Shown one piece after another: positions 1-9,434 of a DNA stretch of 64,000 nucleotides. Each line of letters begins with the position of its first letter. The first letter of the stretch is position 1. Location of the stretch: positions 81,401-145,400 of IMG/VR virus record IMGVR_UViG_2974613666_000001. One strand, 5' to 3'. Under the pieces are notes generated by a model. The model searched no databases, was not told where the DNA came from, and saw nothing but the letters and a program-made list of their open reading frames with translations. Position numbers and translations under genes: made by a program. The stretch comes from a virus. Taxonomy: Duplodnaviria > Caudoviricetes.

Positions 1-169
1 TTGATGTCTAGCGCTGTGATGTTTTGAAACTTTTGTATAATGTCCTCCTGTTGTTTTGTTGATTACGTGGTTTAAATTCATTAATTCATTTTATTACAGC
101 ACCGCTACTATAATATATTTTAAATTATGCGTGTAGGAAAGAAGCCCTAGTCTGAGAGCTTCCTTATGC

Positions 170-1210
170 CTAACCAGCAGCGCTCCCATAATAAGCACTG
201 TGCCAACCCTGCTTACGCCGACGCGCAACATACTCCTTCCATCTATCACTATGGTGGAACGATCGTTTGTGCTTGACTTTAGGTTTCACTTCCTCTTGCA
301 GTCTGTCAATCTCCAAATCAACACCTACACCATTGTCATACTCTGAACAAGTATTCAGCACAATCTGAAAAGCGTTAGCATTCCTAGCCATACATACATC
401 AGGGTGGACAGCCTGCGATAGCTTGCGTCTGCCAGATTTCCCAAACTTTTTGATAAATTTTAGGCAAACTAACCGCATTCTGTTTTCATCAACGCCATAA
501 CTGTGCAAATCTTTCTTGATACGGGTGATCGCCCTTCGGCATTTCTCATCATCACTCATCTGGTTGTCTACAATTGGGACTACTTTTAGCTGACATTCCG
601 ACTGTTGCAGTAGCTCAATTACAGTCTTAAGTGTGATCGCTCTTTCGACCAATGACTTTGATAGTGAAGTCAAACCCCAGGTAAGTTTGTGAACTTTATA
701 GTATTCACGCTCTAGTACCCCATTAATTACAGCACCTGATAAGCAGTTGCAGTCATACACCTGTCTCACACCGTCGTTTGTTTCGCGTAAATACTCACCT
801 ACTTTTTTCTTCAAAGAGTAGTCTGATAAACGTTTTAGTCCACAACCAACCATTGCATCTGATAAAAACTTCAAATCCTTGGTTACTGTTTCAGGTAATC
901 TGATTGATCGTAATTTCTCAATGCTAGTCAGGAGTTGGGAAGTAAATTTGATGTAATCTCCAATCTCGCCACTATTTAATCTAGCTGCTATTTTTTCAAC
1001 TGCTTGTTGAGGATAAAGTTGCAGAGCGATCGTCCTTAATAGCATTTGGGTTACAGCTTCCTTGGAGAATGTTGGCTGTCCTATTTTTTCACGGTATTGG
1101 CGGTAAATAACTTGCATTTGGTGGTCGCTGTAGTGTTTACCCCTAATTGCCCACAGTAAATGCTCGATCTCCTTGCGGCTGTAGTGGTCTTTTATTTGTA
1201 GTTGTTTCAC
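170..1210 (-). CDS. Hypothetical protein with C-terminal J-domain-like (HPD) motif
   Basis: 346 aa ORF; RRKLSQAVHPDVC...AFQIVLN resembles J-domain helix II-HPD-helix III; GTG start follows an AAGGTAAAACA RBS. Confidence 0.45.
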   Translation of the reverse strand: MKQLQIKDHYSRKEIEHLLWAIRGKHYSDHQMQVIYRQYREKIGQPTFSKEAVTQMLLRTIALQLYPQQAVEKIAARLNSGEIGDYIKFTSQLLTSIEKLRSIRLPETVTKDLKFLSDAMVGCGLKRLSDYSLKKKVGEYLRETNDGVRQVYDCNCLSGAVINGVLEREYYKVHKLTWGLTSLSKSLVERAITLKTVIELLQQSECQLKVVPIVDNQMSDDEKCRRAITRIKKDLHSYGVDENRMRLVCLKFIKKFGKSGRRKLSQAVHPDVCMARNANAFQIVLNTCSEYDNGVGVDLEIDRLQEEVKPKVKHKRSFHHSDRWKEYVARRRKQGWHSAYYGSAAG

Positions 1211-1250
1211 TTTGTTTTACCTTATAGCAGTAACGCTATTATATATGATA

Positions 1251-1278
1251 AACCACCAAGCTGTATCAGTTGGTGGTT
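1251..1278. terminator. Hairpin, probable terminator
   Basis: aaccacca...tggtggtt inverted repeat between co-directional minus-strand genes. Confidence 0.5.
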
Positions 1279-1287
1279 ATGTTTGGT

Positions 1288-1713
1288 TTAACGTGTTAGC
1301 ACTTCCAACTGTTCAGTGCTTATAGCCTCAGAAAATGCTTGAAACAGGGTTATCTCCGTTCCGAATTTAAACACCCTATAAGGATCACTAAGCACGGACT
1401 TATGCCATTCTTCTATGAAAGCCTTAACTTTTGGGTATCTCTTCCATAAGTAGTAAATACCTGTAGCTGTTGGGTTTGTGATAGCAGCTTCAGTTTTGAG
1501 CCTGTGAAGCTCAGAAAGTATATCTCTTTTCCAGCCATGATACACAGCCAGATCGTTGCCGTTTAGATATTCATCACCGTCTCTAACTGATATAAACCAG
1601 TAACGGTCTAGCCCGTTAGCAGCTAAACAACCCGTGAATCCCATCAAATCATCTGGATTATCCAGTAGCTCATCACAGCAAAGCAGTTCCCGCCCTCTCA
1701 CTCGGATTATCAT
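1288..1713 (-). CDS. Hypothetical phage protein
   Basis: 141 aa ORF with GGAG RBS, in a tight operon. Confidence 0.6.
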   Translation of the reverse strand: MIIRVRGRELLCCDELLDNPDDLMGFTGCLAANGLDRYWFISVRDGDEYLNGNDLAVYHGWKRDILSELHRLKTEAAITNPTATGIYYLWKRYPKVKAFIEEWHKSVLSDPYRVFKFGTEITLFQAFSEAISTEQLEVLTR

Positions 1714-1724
1714 TGCTTGTCTCC

Positions 1725-1985
1725 TTAAAAACTAAAACTATCTTGCGCTGATTCCCGGCCACTATTACTCGCACTTGCAGCTACCCAAGCTAGTAAATGT
1801 GGACATCCTAGCTCTATACATTCTTGAGCCAGTGCCACACCGAAAGTGAACTTATGATACGTGTGGCTCGTCCTATGTGGTGGGTTGTAGGGCTGGGAAC
1901 AATTCTTAATCAACTGCCTAGCCGCTTCAGGTAATTGTAGGAAGTCGTGGTCTGATGTGGTGTAAATTATTGTAGTTTCCATCAA
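1725..1985 (-). CDS. Hypothetical protein
   Basis: Start overlaps the upstream stop codon. Confidence 0.55.
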   Translation of the reverse strand: MMETTIIYTTSDHDFLQLPEAARQLIKNCSQPYNPPHRTSHTYHKFTFGVALAQECIELGCPHLLAWVAASASNSGRESAQDSFSF

Positions 1986-2170
1986 CTTATGTCTACCTCG
2001 TCTAAAATTGATACTACTCGCTCTAATATCTCGGTTGGAACCTTCTTAAAATTCCGTCGCTGCTCAACATACTCCATAATTGATCGCTGCAAGCCTATCC
2101 TGTAGGCTTTTTCTTTATCTGTGATGAAGTGGTTGGTTTCAATGAAACCTTTTAGCTGTAATGGATTCAT
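1982..2170 (-). CDS. Hypothetical protein
   Basis: ATGA-coupled to the upstream gene. Confidence 0.55.
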   Translation of the reverse strand: MNPLQLKGFIETNHFITDKEKAYRIGLQRSIMEYVEQRRNFKKVPTEILERVVSILDEVDIS

Positions 2171-2547
2171 ACTGTTACTTTACTCCGGATAGATTTGAAA
2201 CCTGCTTTAACTTTCTTGACTGATTTAACTGGTGCTGGTTGCGGATCTTCAGTAATAACTGCTTCCTGCGTGACTTCCTCAGAAACGATCACATCCGCTT
2301 GATTTTCTACTTGCAGTGCTGTTTCTACGACTGCTTCAGGTTCTACGCTTTCCCTCACTTGTTCAGTTGCTTCAGGTTTAGCAGTTGGTTTTATTTCACT
2401 CATAAAACCAATGTACTGCTGCTTTCCGTAAGTTGTCCAGGGTTTTGCTAGAGTGTGAATTGCTTGGAAAACTACGATTACAGCAACAATCAAAATGACT
2501 GCGGGCGCAATTGGGCTTTGTGTGTTGAAGTTGTTTGTGGTTGTCAT
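2167..2547 (-). CDS. Hypothetical membrane-anchored protein
   Basis: N-terminal hydrophobic helix, acidic linker, basic tail; AAGGTAAG RBS. Confidence 0.6.
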   Translation of the reverse strand: MTTTNNFNTQSPIAPAVILIVAVIVVFQAIHTLAKPWTTYGKQQYIGFMSEIKPTAKPEATEQVRESVEPEAVVETALQVENQADVIVSEEVTQEAVITEDPQPAPVKSVKKVKAGFKSIRSKVTV

Positions 2548-2615
2548 CAGTCTTACCTTTTGTTGTGGTTGGCTTATTTTGGTGGCTACCTGTTTTAGTT
2601 GAGGTAGCCTTGCGA

Positions 2616-3056
2616 TTAAAATTTGGTGAGGAGTTCTGCTATTAGTTCTTGGTCATTTGTGGGGTCAAGCCGGGTTACTTTCTCTAGTAACTCCTGATGA
2701 AGCTTTTTCAGCTTATGTGCTGCATCTCGTTTTATTGCATTATCCACTGCTTTTTCAACTTCTTCAGCCAGGAACAAAGATCGGTAAGATGCACCACCGA
2801 CAGCATCAGTAACTTTTTGGGTACTCGTACAGTCTCTAGAAGATGTAGAAAAGTTGATACCGTGGGAAGTCTTCACTATTCCCCTAGCATCTACCTTAAT
2901 TACTGACACTTCAATAAGCTCTTGGTGGAGTTGGTACACATCACCTATAAAAACTCTTGTACCTGGTTGTAGCTGCTTGCCCTCTTCTGAGGACATTGCA
3001 TAAAGTTTAGGGTGTGTTTTTGTTAATGCTTGGTTGATTTCTGCGATTGTCATCAT
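2616..3056 (-). CDS. Hypothetical phage protein
   Basis: 146 aa ORF with GAGG RBS, downstream of the conserved promoter box. Confidence 0.6.
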   Translation of the reverse strand: MMTIAEINQALTKTHPKLYAMSSEEGKQLQPGTRVFIGDVYQLHQELIEVSVIKVDARGIVKTSHGINFSTSSRDCTSTQKVTDAVGGASYRSLFLAEEVEKAVDNAIKRDAAHKLKKLHQELLEKVTRLDPTNDQELIAELLTKF

Positions 3057-3108
3057 GTTCCGCTACCTCGTTTACTTCCTCTATCTTGCCCTACTTCCTC
3101 AATTAAAT

Positions 3109-3138
3109 CAACCGTAATTATACTGAATTTAATTATAC
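3109..3138 (-). promoter_or_regulatory. Conserved upstream box (CAACCGTAATTATACTGAATT), copy 1 of 4
   Basis: Near-identical to 32227-32255, 33697-33726 and 36328-36357. Confidence 0.8.
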
Positions 3139-3174
3139 TTAAGACAGGAGTACACCTAAATCTGATATATTTGG

Positions 3175-3203
3175 TTGACAAGATAAGATAGTATAGCTAC
3201 TAT
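3175..3203 (+). promoter_or_regulatory. Sigma70-type promoter with overlapping palindromic operator
   Basis: TTGACA-17 bp-TACTAT; TAGTA-TAGC-TACTA at 3189-3202. Confidence 0.7.
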
Positions 3204-3272
3204 AACTATAAGCTGACGAACTGACAAGCTCGTAGGCTGAAATACTTGAAACAACTAACAAAGGTAAAACAA

Positions 3273-3914
3273 ATGTCGGATTTAGCAATTTTCAGCGAGA
3301 ATAATGATACGGAAAAGAAGCCTACTTCTAATGGAGCTACCACAGGCTCAATGACCAAGAAGGGTAAAGGTGGCGGGTTATCAAAACGGAATGCCAATAA
3401 AAACGCACTCGCCAACGCTGTACCCCCTGAAGCAATTCAAAACATTGAAATAATTAACAGGAAGTTCGGGGCTGAGTTTACCCCGGCATTACTTGCTAAA
3501 CTAACTGAGGTAGCAGATAGCTGGGAAGCTAACTACACTCAGGAAAGAATGCTAGAGGAAGCATTAGTAATCGCTGCTGATAAGAGATCGCGTGATGCGG
3601 CTGTAGAGGGTCGTCAACGGGCGCAACTGCAAATCAAAAGACGCGAGTTACTAGCGCTCAAATCAGAAGCCGAAGAATGGATGGAAAATACCTTTGATAC
3701 TTTCATCTCGAAACAGTTGGGCGCTGGTTTACCTGTAGCTTACGTTCAGCAACTTGCAACTTCGCAAGCAGCTAATTTCCACGTTGACTTGAACGACTTT
3801 AAACTGAAGGAAGATGGTAGCTGGGGAGAGTTCGCACCTGTGTTTATTCACGAGGATGAGATTGAACTTACTACGCAACGCCTGATTGAAATGGGCGTTG
3901 AGGTAGAGAACTAA
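3273..3914 (+). CDS. Hypothetical coiled-coil protein
   Basis: ORF 3246..3914; start moved to ATG 3273, which follows an AGGTAAAACA RBS. Confidence 0.65.
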   Translation: MSDLAIFSENNDTEKKPTSNGATTGSMTKKGKGGGLSKRNANKNALANAVPPEAIQNIEIINRKFGAEFTPALLAKLTEVADSWEANYTQERMLEEALVIAADKRSRDAAVEGRQRAQLQIKRRELLALKSEAEEWMENTFDTFISKQLGAGLPVAYVQQLATSQAANFHVDLNDFKLKEDGSWGEFAPVFIHEDEIELTTQRLIEMGVEVEN

Positions 3915-4052
3915 TGTACTACCTCATAAGAGCGATAGCGTGTCTCATTATCGTGGTTGCTATGTGTCAGCTTTTTACCAGCAAAGATAGATTAGCCGCT
4001 TATGCTGGGCTTGCAATTCTTTTCTCAATACGATTGCTACTAATCTAAAACA

Positions 4053-4277
4053 ATGGAAACCACAGCACGACAAAACAACAACAGATCACTAACACTAGCA
4101 GGTGTAAATAAGCTTTTCTCCTGCTTAGAACCCGCACCAGTAGTGAAACAAGACCCGAAGCTAGGTTACTACAGTGTAGCCTACAGAGGTGAGATATTGA
4201 TGGATAAAACCCTGACAAATGTCAGCCAGGAGTTGTTAAAGCTGGTCGCAAACCAAAGAACTGAGGTGACTGAATAA
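4053..4277 (+). CDS. Hypothetical protein
   Basis: 74 aa ORF, coupled to the next gene. Confidence 0.5.
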   Translation: METTARQNNNRSLTLAGVNKLFSCLEPAPVVKQDPKLGYYSVAYRGEILMDKTLTNVSQELLKLVANQRTEVTE

Positions 4278-4624
4278 TGAAGAAAAGAAGTGGGGGATCT
4301 TTTGAACTTCCCCCACAATCTGAAACCAACCAACGAGAACTACAGTTAACCGACTGCGAGATCGAAGCTTTACGTTCTGAAAGAGAGAAAAGCTATCTAT
4401 ACAGGATGGCACTGATAGACAACGCACTAGATTTACTTCCATTACTGCTTTTAGCAAAGGACAAGAAAATGATTGATTTCATCAACTCTGCTTTAGAGGG
4501 TGCTTTAGGCTCTGGTTCAGCACTATTTCTTGGTGCAGCCGCATTGGGAATTACAGTGAATGCCCCAGTTATTTTGTCCGCTTTATTTGGTGGCGCTTTG
4601 ATCAACTATGCTGTGAGGGAATAG
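4277..4624 (+). CDS. Small membrane protein; hydrophobic Gly/Ala-rich C-terminal half, possibly two fused genes
   Basis: Internal AAGGAC...ATG (MIDFINSAL) near 4469; Gly-rich TM segments. Confidence 0.5.
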   Translation: MKKRSGGSFELPPQSETNQRELQLTDCEIEALRSEREKSYLYRMALIDNALDLLPLLLLAKDKKMIDFINSALEGALGSGSALFLGAAALGITVNAPVILSALFGGALINYAVRE

Positions 4625-4626
4625 TT

Positions 4627-4813
4627 ATGGAACCTGGTTATTGTTGATTACTACCATCACGATCAGTATTTAGTAATTGAGAAAATCGACAATGGTTACT
4701 ATTTCACAATTGAAGGTAGTAGATGTAAGGAACCCTTCAAATCAGCATCAGAAGCTGAGATAGCAGCACAAATGACAATTGAGCATGATTTAGAAAATGA
4801 GGACATTGAGTAA
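4627..4813 (+). pseudogene. Frameshifted small acidic protein
   Basis: RBS and ATG at 4627 stop after 6 codons; the +1 frame continues as LVIVDYYHHDQY...EDIE*. Confidence 0.4.
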
Positions 4814-4982
4814 TGCTACAACTATACCGAGTAATTTACACACCACACAACACTGACACAAGGATAAAGGTAACTAAGCCTATGACCTTACAAAAAGCAA
4901 TCAATACTGCATCAGAGCTAACAAAAGAAAACACTACTGACAACTTATGCTATTCACTTGAATTAGTAATGGAGAATGCTGA

Positions 4983-5438
4983 ATGCTAACCTTACCAGCA
5001 GGTTCTGTAGAACGGAAACCACAAGGTAAACTTAAACCTAAAGTATTCTGGTTAGGTTCTGCAATGGTAGCAAGTCTGTTACTTTACAGTAAAACTACAC
5101 AGCAGCCTAAATTAGTGCAACTCGAAACCAGTAACCAACCAGCACAATACACAGCAGTAGTAGATCGCTTGGCTGATAATTACCTAGTAGTGGCTCAACA
5201 GTTAACAAGTACACCAGGAAACAACTGCTACAAGCGATCACTCAATGACTGCCTAACTTTGATGAAGCCTGAAGAGGTGCGATCGTTTGAGTCTTTACCA
5301 CCACAGCAAGCCATCAACTCTGAGTTAAAGTTTCTAGTTTTTCAAGTGAGGGTAGAAGCTTTGGAACTGGCAAAAGAACGTGTAAGCAGTAGTAGCAGAA
5401 AACTGAGATTAGTTCAGGAGAAGAGCCATGCCGGGTAA
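4983..5438 (+). CDS. Membrane-anchored hypothetical protein
   Basis: N-terminal TM helix (VFWLGSAMVASLLLY); GGAG RBS. Confidence 0.6.
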   Translation: MLTLPAGSVERKPQGKLKPKVFWLGSAMVASLLLYSKTTQQPKLVQLETSNQPAQYTAVVDRLADNYLVVAQQLTSTPGNNCYKRSLNDCLTLMKPEEVRSFESLPPQQAINSELKFLVFQVRVEALELAKERVSSSSRKLRLVQEKSHAG

Positions 5439-6069
5439 ATTGAATTTAAGCTTGAATGCACCAGCTACTTACACAGCATTAGGACAGTGGACTGGTGTTT
5501 CTCAAGCAACAGTAAACGCAGCTTTAAACGGTGATCAAGGTGCAGCAGCCCAAATATTAGATTTTTCTGAGCAAGCTAAGGCTAGAGCGTCTAATGCAGA
5601 AACTATACTTAATGCGGCTACTGAGGGTGTGGAGGCTCTAGGTGAAGTGATAGCCTTAGAGGCACAATTCTTAGGTACTGCTTCTCAGACTTTTACTACA
5701 GCAGCGAAGGCTGTGAACTCTACTTTCCAAAAAGATAAAAAGTTTCAGCACTCACTAATTGAAGGGCAAGTGCAACATAGGTTAGCCGTTGATGAGGAGA
5801 ACGTCAGACATAAACGAGCATTGAACTTGTTACCTATGGAATCTAAAACACGAGAAACCATTGCTGGGATAAACTACGAAACCAAGCGTTACCAGTTAAA
5901 TCAGCAGGTAAACGAAGCTAGAGAAAACCGCAAAGAAGCCTTAAATCAACTATCTACACGTCAAAAACAACTGCAAAGTCTACAGCGTGTCGGTGGCGGT
6001 GGCAAGGGCTTAGGTAGTCCTATCGCCAACGGTGTTAAAGGCTTTTTCAATTTCCTGTTTGGTCATTAA
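5428..6069 (+). CDS. Helical/coiled-coil protein with amphipathic C-terminus
   Basis: Ala/Gln-rich helices; ends GGGGKGLGSPIANGVKGFFNFLFGH; AGGAG RBS. Confidence 0.65.
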   Translation: MPGKLNLSLNAPATYTALGQWTGVSQATVNAALNGDQGAAAQILDFSEQAKARASNAETILNAATEGVEALGEVIALEAQFLGTASQTFTTAAKAVNSTFQKDKKFQHSLIEGQVQHRLAVDEENVRHKRALNLLPMESKTRETIAGINYETKRYQLNQQVNEARENRKEALNQLSTRQKQLQSLQRVGGGGKGLGSPIANGVKGFFNFLFGH

Positions 6070-6087
6070 ATTTAAGGAGGATTGCAA

Positions 6088-6267
6088 TGTTCGATGATTT
6101 TCTATCTAGCGCACTGATCACAGGTTCTGCTGTAGGTATATTAAGTTTCACCTCTTACATAGTAGCTGGCGTGATCGTCTCTGTGGGTAGTGGGTTAATT
6201 GTTCCTGCTGGTTTATTAGCTGGAATTGTGTTTGCTGTTGGCGGTTTAGTTAGAGGTAGGGTGTAAT
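6088..6267 (+). CDS. 59-aa Gly-rich two-TM membrane peptide, absent from the ORF track
   Basis: AAGGAGG RBS; MFDDFLSSALITGSAVGILSFTSYIVAGVIVSVGSGLIVPAGLLAGIVFAVGGLVRGRV*. Confidence 0.65.
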
Positions 6268-6464
6268 GCAAACCACAAAGTTACTCTTAACTAAATACGA
6301 ATTACAAGAGGCTAGAGATTAAATGCAAAGACTGCTTACCGTGGCAGGATCTGATAACTGATGAGGATGTCGATGCTTTAACTGATAAGCAGGTTGAGGA
6401 CGGCATTGCTATGAACTACGACGGCGGTTTAAGTGGGTTCAAAATGGCTTGTGTAGGTAATTAA
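6267..6464 (+). pseudogene. Disrupted small acidic phage protein
   Basis: MQTTK...EARD* then continues in another frame as CKDCLPWQDL...YDGGLSGFK...*. Confidence 0.5.
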
Positions 6465-6465
6465 A

Positions 6466-6738
6466 ATGTGTTTAACAGATATCTCAATCGGTCAAAGTTG
6501 CGTAGTCAGATATGGAAACAGTCACTGCATCCCCACAAATGTAAGCAAGGTTAGCAAACTAGATGGTACTTTCCAGGTACATTCCCATCCCAACTTTCCA
6601 GGACTGGAGAAAGAAAAATTTACCCTCAAACTCGTGACTGCGGTATCTGATCCAAGTAAAAAGCAGAGACATTACAATCACGTCGGCGGATCAAAAGTAA
6701 TAGATGTTAATTGCTGGGTCGAGTTCATAGTTTACTAA
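6466..6738 (+). CDS. Hypothetical protein
   Basis: 90 aa ORF followed by a hairpin at 6762-6790. Confidence 0.55.
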   Translation: MCLTDISIGQSCVVRYGNSHCIPTNVSKVSKLDGTFQVHSHPNFPGLEKEKFTLKLVTAVSDPSKKQRHYNHVGGSKVIDVNCWVEFIVY

Positions 6739-6795
6739 TTTTGCCAATATGTACAGTATGGAACACCTTAGTTATTTCTAGGGTGTTTTTCGCTC

Positions 6796-6824
6796 TTGAT
6801 ATAAGATAGCAGCAGTGCTATATT
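6796..6824 (+). promoter_or_regulatory. Promoter with operator palindrome
   Basis: TTGATA-17 bp-TATATT with extended TG; TAGCA-GCAG-TGCTA at 6807-6820. Confidence 0.7.
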
Positions 6825-6853
6825 ATTGAAATAACTTAAACAAGTGGAACAGC

Positions 6854-7168
6854 ATGAAACGACGATCGCTCACACAAACACTCAACTACTATGGACAATC
6901 ATGCTTATTGATGTGTGGGGCTGAGGCAATGTGCCAGGATCTACCCCGTCAGCTAGGGATTGATATGTTCATGCTTTTAAGCGAAATCAACCCTGATAAT
7001 TCAACAGCCGAGGATTTTACTTTGCTTTTACTGAGACTAATGAAGGCTTATCCCAACGTAACTCAGACACAACTACTAGACTTACACGCTGAGATAGTCA
7101 AGATTATTGGCGACTATGGTGATCGCATTTTGCAAGAAATAGCAGGAGGTCAACGAGATGTTAGCTAG
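6854..7168 (+). CDS. Hypothetical protein
   Basis: 104 aa ORF directly after the promoter. Confidence 0.6.
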   Translation: MKRRSLTQTLNYYGQSCLLMCGAEAMCQDLPRQLGIDMFMLLSEINPDNSTAEDFTLLLLRLMKAYPNVTQTQLLDLHAEIVKIIGDYGDRILQEIAGGQRDVS

Positions 7169-7700
7169 AAATAATGGCTATTATCAGCAGGAGCAGCAAG
7201 AACCAGACTACTTATATGAGCAGTATGACTCACAGCAAGTGCAGCGACGTATTGAGGATAGTGATGCGTGGGTTGATACTGGTATTGGTGTCGGACAAGG
7301 GGTGGTATTAGCAGGTATTCAGATGGTAACAGTCGAAACCTTGTATATGTTTGGTGCTGTGGGATTTTTCCCGATGGTAGTTGCAGCAATACCTGTAACC
7401 CTAGCCTTTGGCACTGTGCTGAACACCATCACCATAGATAACGGTTTCTCAGTAAGTGATTTGGGTAAATTTGGTGGAGGTTTGTCGAGGTGTGCTTTGC
7501 TGTCGCTGAGTTCTTGGAAACTTTACAGTGATAACAAGAGATCACACGAGATAGCCAAAGAAGGTATCTCCACTATTCAGTACCAACTGGATAAATATGA
7601 AGGTAGGCAGCAGCCGGCTAACTATGATAATTTGGGGTTGATTGCGATCGTCCTTGGGCTGTTTCTTGTGGGAGTGGTTATGGGTGGTAGAAGGAAATGA
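7158..7700 (+). CDS. Polytopic membrane protein
   Basis: 3-4 hydrophobic segments; AGGAGG RBS. Confidence 0.7.
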   Translation: MLARNNGYYQQEQQEPDYLYEQYDSQQVQRRIEDSDAWVDTGIGVGQGVVLAGIQMVTVETLYMFGAVGFFPMVVAAIPVTLAFGTVLNTITIDNGFSVSDLGKFGGGLSRCALLSLSSWKLYSDNKRSHEIAKEGISTIQYQLDKYEGRQQPANYDNLGLIAIVLGLFLVGVVMGGRRK

Positions 7701-7731
7701 GTTATTGAGTTAAAAAATATAGGTGCAAAAT

Positions 7732-7763
7732 AAAACCCCTAACTATTACAGCTAGGGGTTTTT
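7732..7763 (+). terminator. Intrinsic terminator
   Basis: aaaacccct...aggggttttt. Confidence 0.65.
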
Positions 7764-7931
7764 GGTTATCTAATAAACAATTGTCTCTACTGCCACTAAA
7801 ACCCCGACATTAAGAATGTTATGGGATACGAGAAAGTTAAAACTCTGTTCACGGAGAACAACGGTACTAGATGCCATTCCTTAGTGGAAGATGCCTTTTC
7901 AAGAGCAGTATTGCAAAGATTAGGCTAAGTA

Positions 7932-8216
7932 ATGACCAGACCTAAAATACATTATATAGGCGATCCATGCTGTAACAGTAAAGGACGATCACCTTTATTA
8001 GCAGACAGTATTTATGATGTGACCTGCCAAGGATGTATTGCTGCTTTTCACGGTAAAAAATTGGGTGGTCGTCCTCCTAAGAATGAAACCAAAGGTGTGA
8101 CTGTAGCTGTGAATTTATCACCCAAGGCTTACGACAAACTACAAAGTATTCCAAGCGGTGATCGTTCTGGTTGGGTGAGTGAGTTGATTGAGAAAAGTAA
8201 TGAAAAGGTAAGATAA
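7932..8216 (+). CDS. Putative ribbon-helix-helix DNA-binding protein with Cys-rich N-terminus
   Basis: GGRPPK...VTVAVNLSPKAYDKL...RSGWVSELIE pattern; CC and CxxC residues. Confidence 0.55.
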   Translation: MTRPKIHYIGDPCCNSKGRSPLLADSIYDVTCQGCIAAFHGKKLGGRPPKNETKGVTVAVNLSPKAYDKLQSIPSGDRSGWVSELIEKSNEKVR

Positions 8217-8324
8217 TGCTACTGAAAATCACGATACCAAGTAATGAAAATAGTATAAGCCAGGAAATTGTGGCAGAAATTGCAACTTACTCTAAAACTG
8301 GACTCCATAAACAATCTTGGTATC

Positions 8325-8672
8325 TCAAAGAACCTTATGGGTTGTATCATTCACTACTGCTAGCTGCTGTTCCAGTAACTTATTATTGTTTTCTGCTAAC
8401 TTCCTAATTACTTGCTTTTGACCCAGTAACTTAGTGTATTCATATTGTCTTTTGGATGATTCCCTACTCCTCACCTTTGCTTCTTTTATGGTTTCGTTAG
8501 GCATATTTGCGCCTGGGGTTAAATAAACTTCGCTAAAGACTTTCTCAGGTTGATCAGGATAATACTTGTTAAACCTTCTGTAAAAAGCCGCTCTAGAAAT
8601 GCCTAGATGCTCAATCCATCGTGATTTGGTCAGTGTTAAACCATTGTAGGTTAAGAATACTTTTTTTGGCAT
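8325..8672 (-). CDS. Small DNA-binding protein, resembling the HTH of HNH homing endonucleases
   Basis: LTYNGLTLTKSRWIEHLGISRAAFYRR; likely start MPKKVF at 8672. Confidence 0.5.
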   Translation of the reverse strand: MPKKVFLTYNGLTLTKSRWIEHLGISRAAFYRRFNKYYPDQPEKVFSEVYLTPGANMPNETIKEAKVRSRESSKRQYEYTKLLGQKQVIRKLAENNNKLLEQQLAVVNDTTHKVL

Positions 8673-8676
8673 ATTG

Positions 8677-9027
8677 CTAAATCTCGATAACCCAGTAATC
8701 AGATAATTCAGCTTTAACTCTGTTGGCAACATTAAGCCAGTTAACAGATTTCCAAGCTGATTCACACGCTATAGATATCAAAGTATGCGGCAACCAATCA
8801 ACGTTGTCTGCGCCGCAAACAGAATCAACCATTTTATCTCTATTACTAAAGTCAAAGTGAGGGTAGTTATCTTGCGAACTTTTCTTACACTTTTCAGGTG
8901 TTATAGCATCTACATTTCCCTTATAGTCATAGAAAACACCTTCAACTAGATCACCAAATATTTCCTCTTCAAAAGCTGTTAACTCATTACTGCTCATCTG
9001 TCTTACTTCCTTATAGTTCACAAACAT
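8677..9027 (-). CDS. Hypothetical protein, paralog of 9062..9352
   Basis: Shares AFE.E...DL and W...NW motifs with its neighbour. Confidence 0.55.
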   Translation of the reverse strand: MFVNYKEVRQMSSNELTAFEEEIFGDLVEGVFYDYKGNVDAITPEKCKKSSQDNYPHFDFSNRDKMVDSVCGADNVDWLPHTLISIACESAWKSVNWLNVANRVKAELSDYWVIEI

Positions 9028-9061
9028 CTTACTGATTTAACCCCGTAGCACCTATTACGAT

Positions 9062-9352
9062 TTATTCAGGGTCATCAACTTCACCAGACCTGTACCTTAT
9101 AAATTCCGCAATAATAGCTTCCCAGTTTGCTTGTCGCCAGAGTACACCCATAGCGGCTAATGCTAAAGGGCTACAAGCCCTATAGTGCGGATCCCGTTCT
9201 GGTTTTCCTTCTAAGTAATCTACAGTTTTAGCAATCTGACTATTGCTGCTACCTAGTATTGCTTTACAGTTATCTGCTGTTAGAGGCAGATCATTGGGAA
9301 TATAAGCCTCAAATAAATCCTGTAGTAATTCCTTTTCAAATGCGTTCATCAC
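9062..9352 (-). CDS. Hypothetical protein, paralog of 8677..9027
   Basis: GAGGTAAA RBS; shared motifs. Confidence 0.6.
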   Translation of the reverse strand: MMNAFEKELLQDLFEAYIPNDLPLTADNCKAILGSSNSQIAKTVDYLEGKPERDPHYRACSPLALAAMGVLWRQANWEAIIAEFIRYRSGEVDDPE

Positions 9353-9371
9353 TTTACCTCTGCGTTACTAC

Positions 9372-9400
9372 TTGTTTTATCATAGCACCCCTACTATAAT
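9372..9400 (+). promoter_or_regulatory. Promoter with operator palindrome
   Basis: TTGTTT-17 bp-TATAAT; TAGCA-CCCC-TACTA at 9383-9396. Confidence 0.7.
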
Positions 9401-9434
9401 ATATTGCATAAAGGTAAAACAAAAGGTAAAACAG

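Noticed and set aside
3189-3202. Operator palindrome as an NtcA or canonical LexA box
   Set aside because: It does not fit GTA-N8-TAC, and the spacer is 2 bp shorter than the Anabaena LexA box
4277-4813. TAG read-through or stop-codon recoding (open frame continues after TAG 4622)
   Set aside because: Many well-defined genes end in TAG or TAA at expected positions; a local frameshift is simpler
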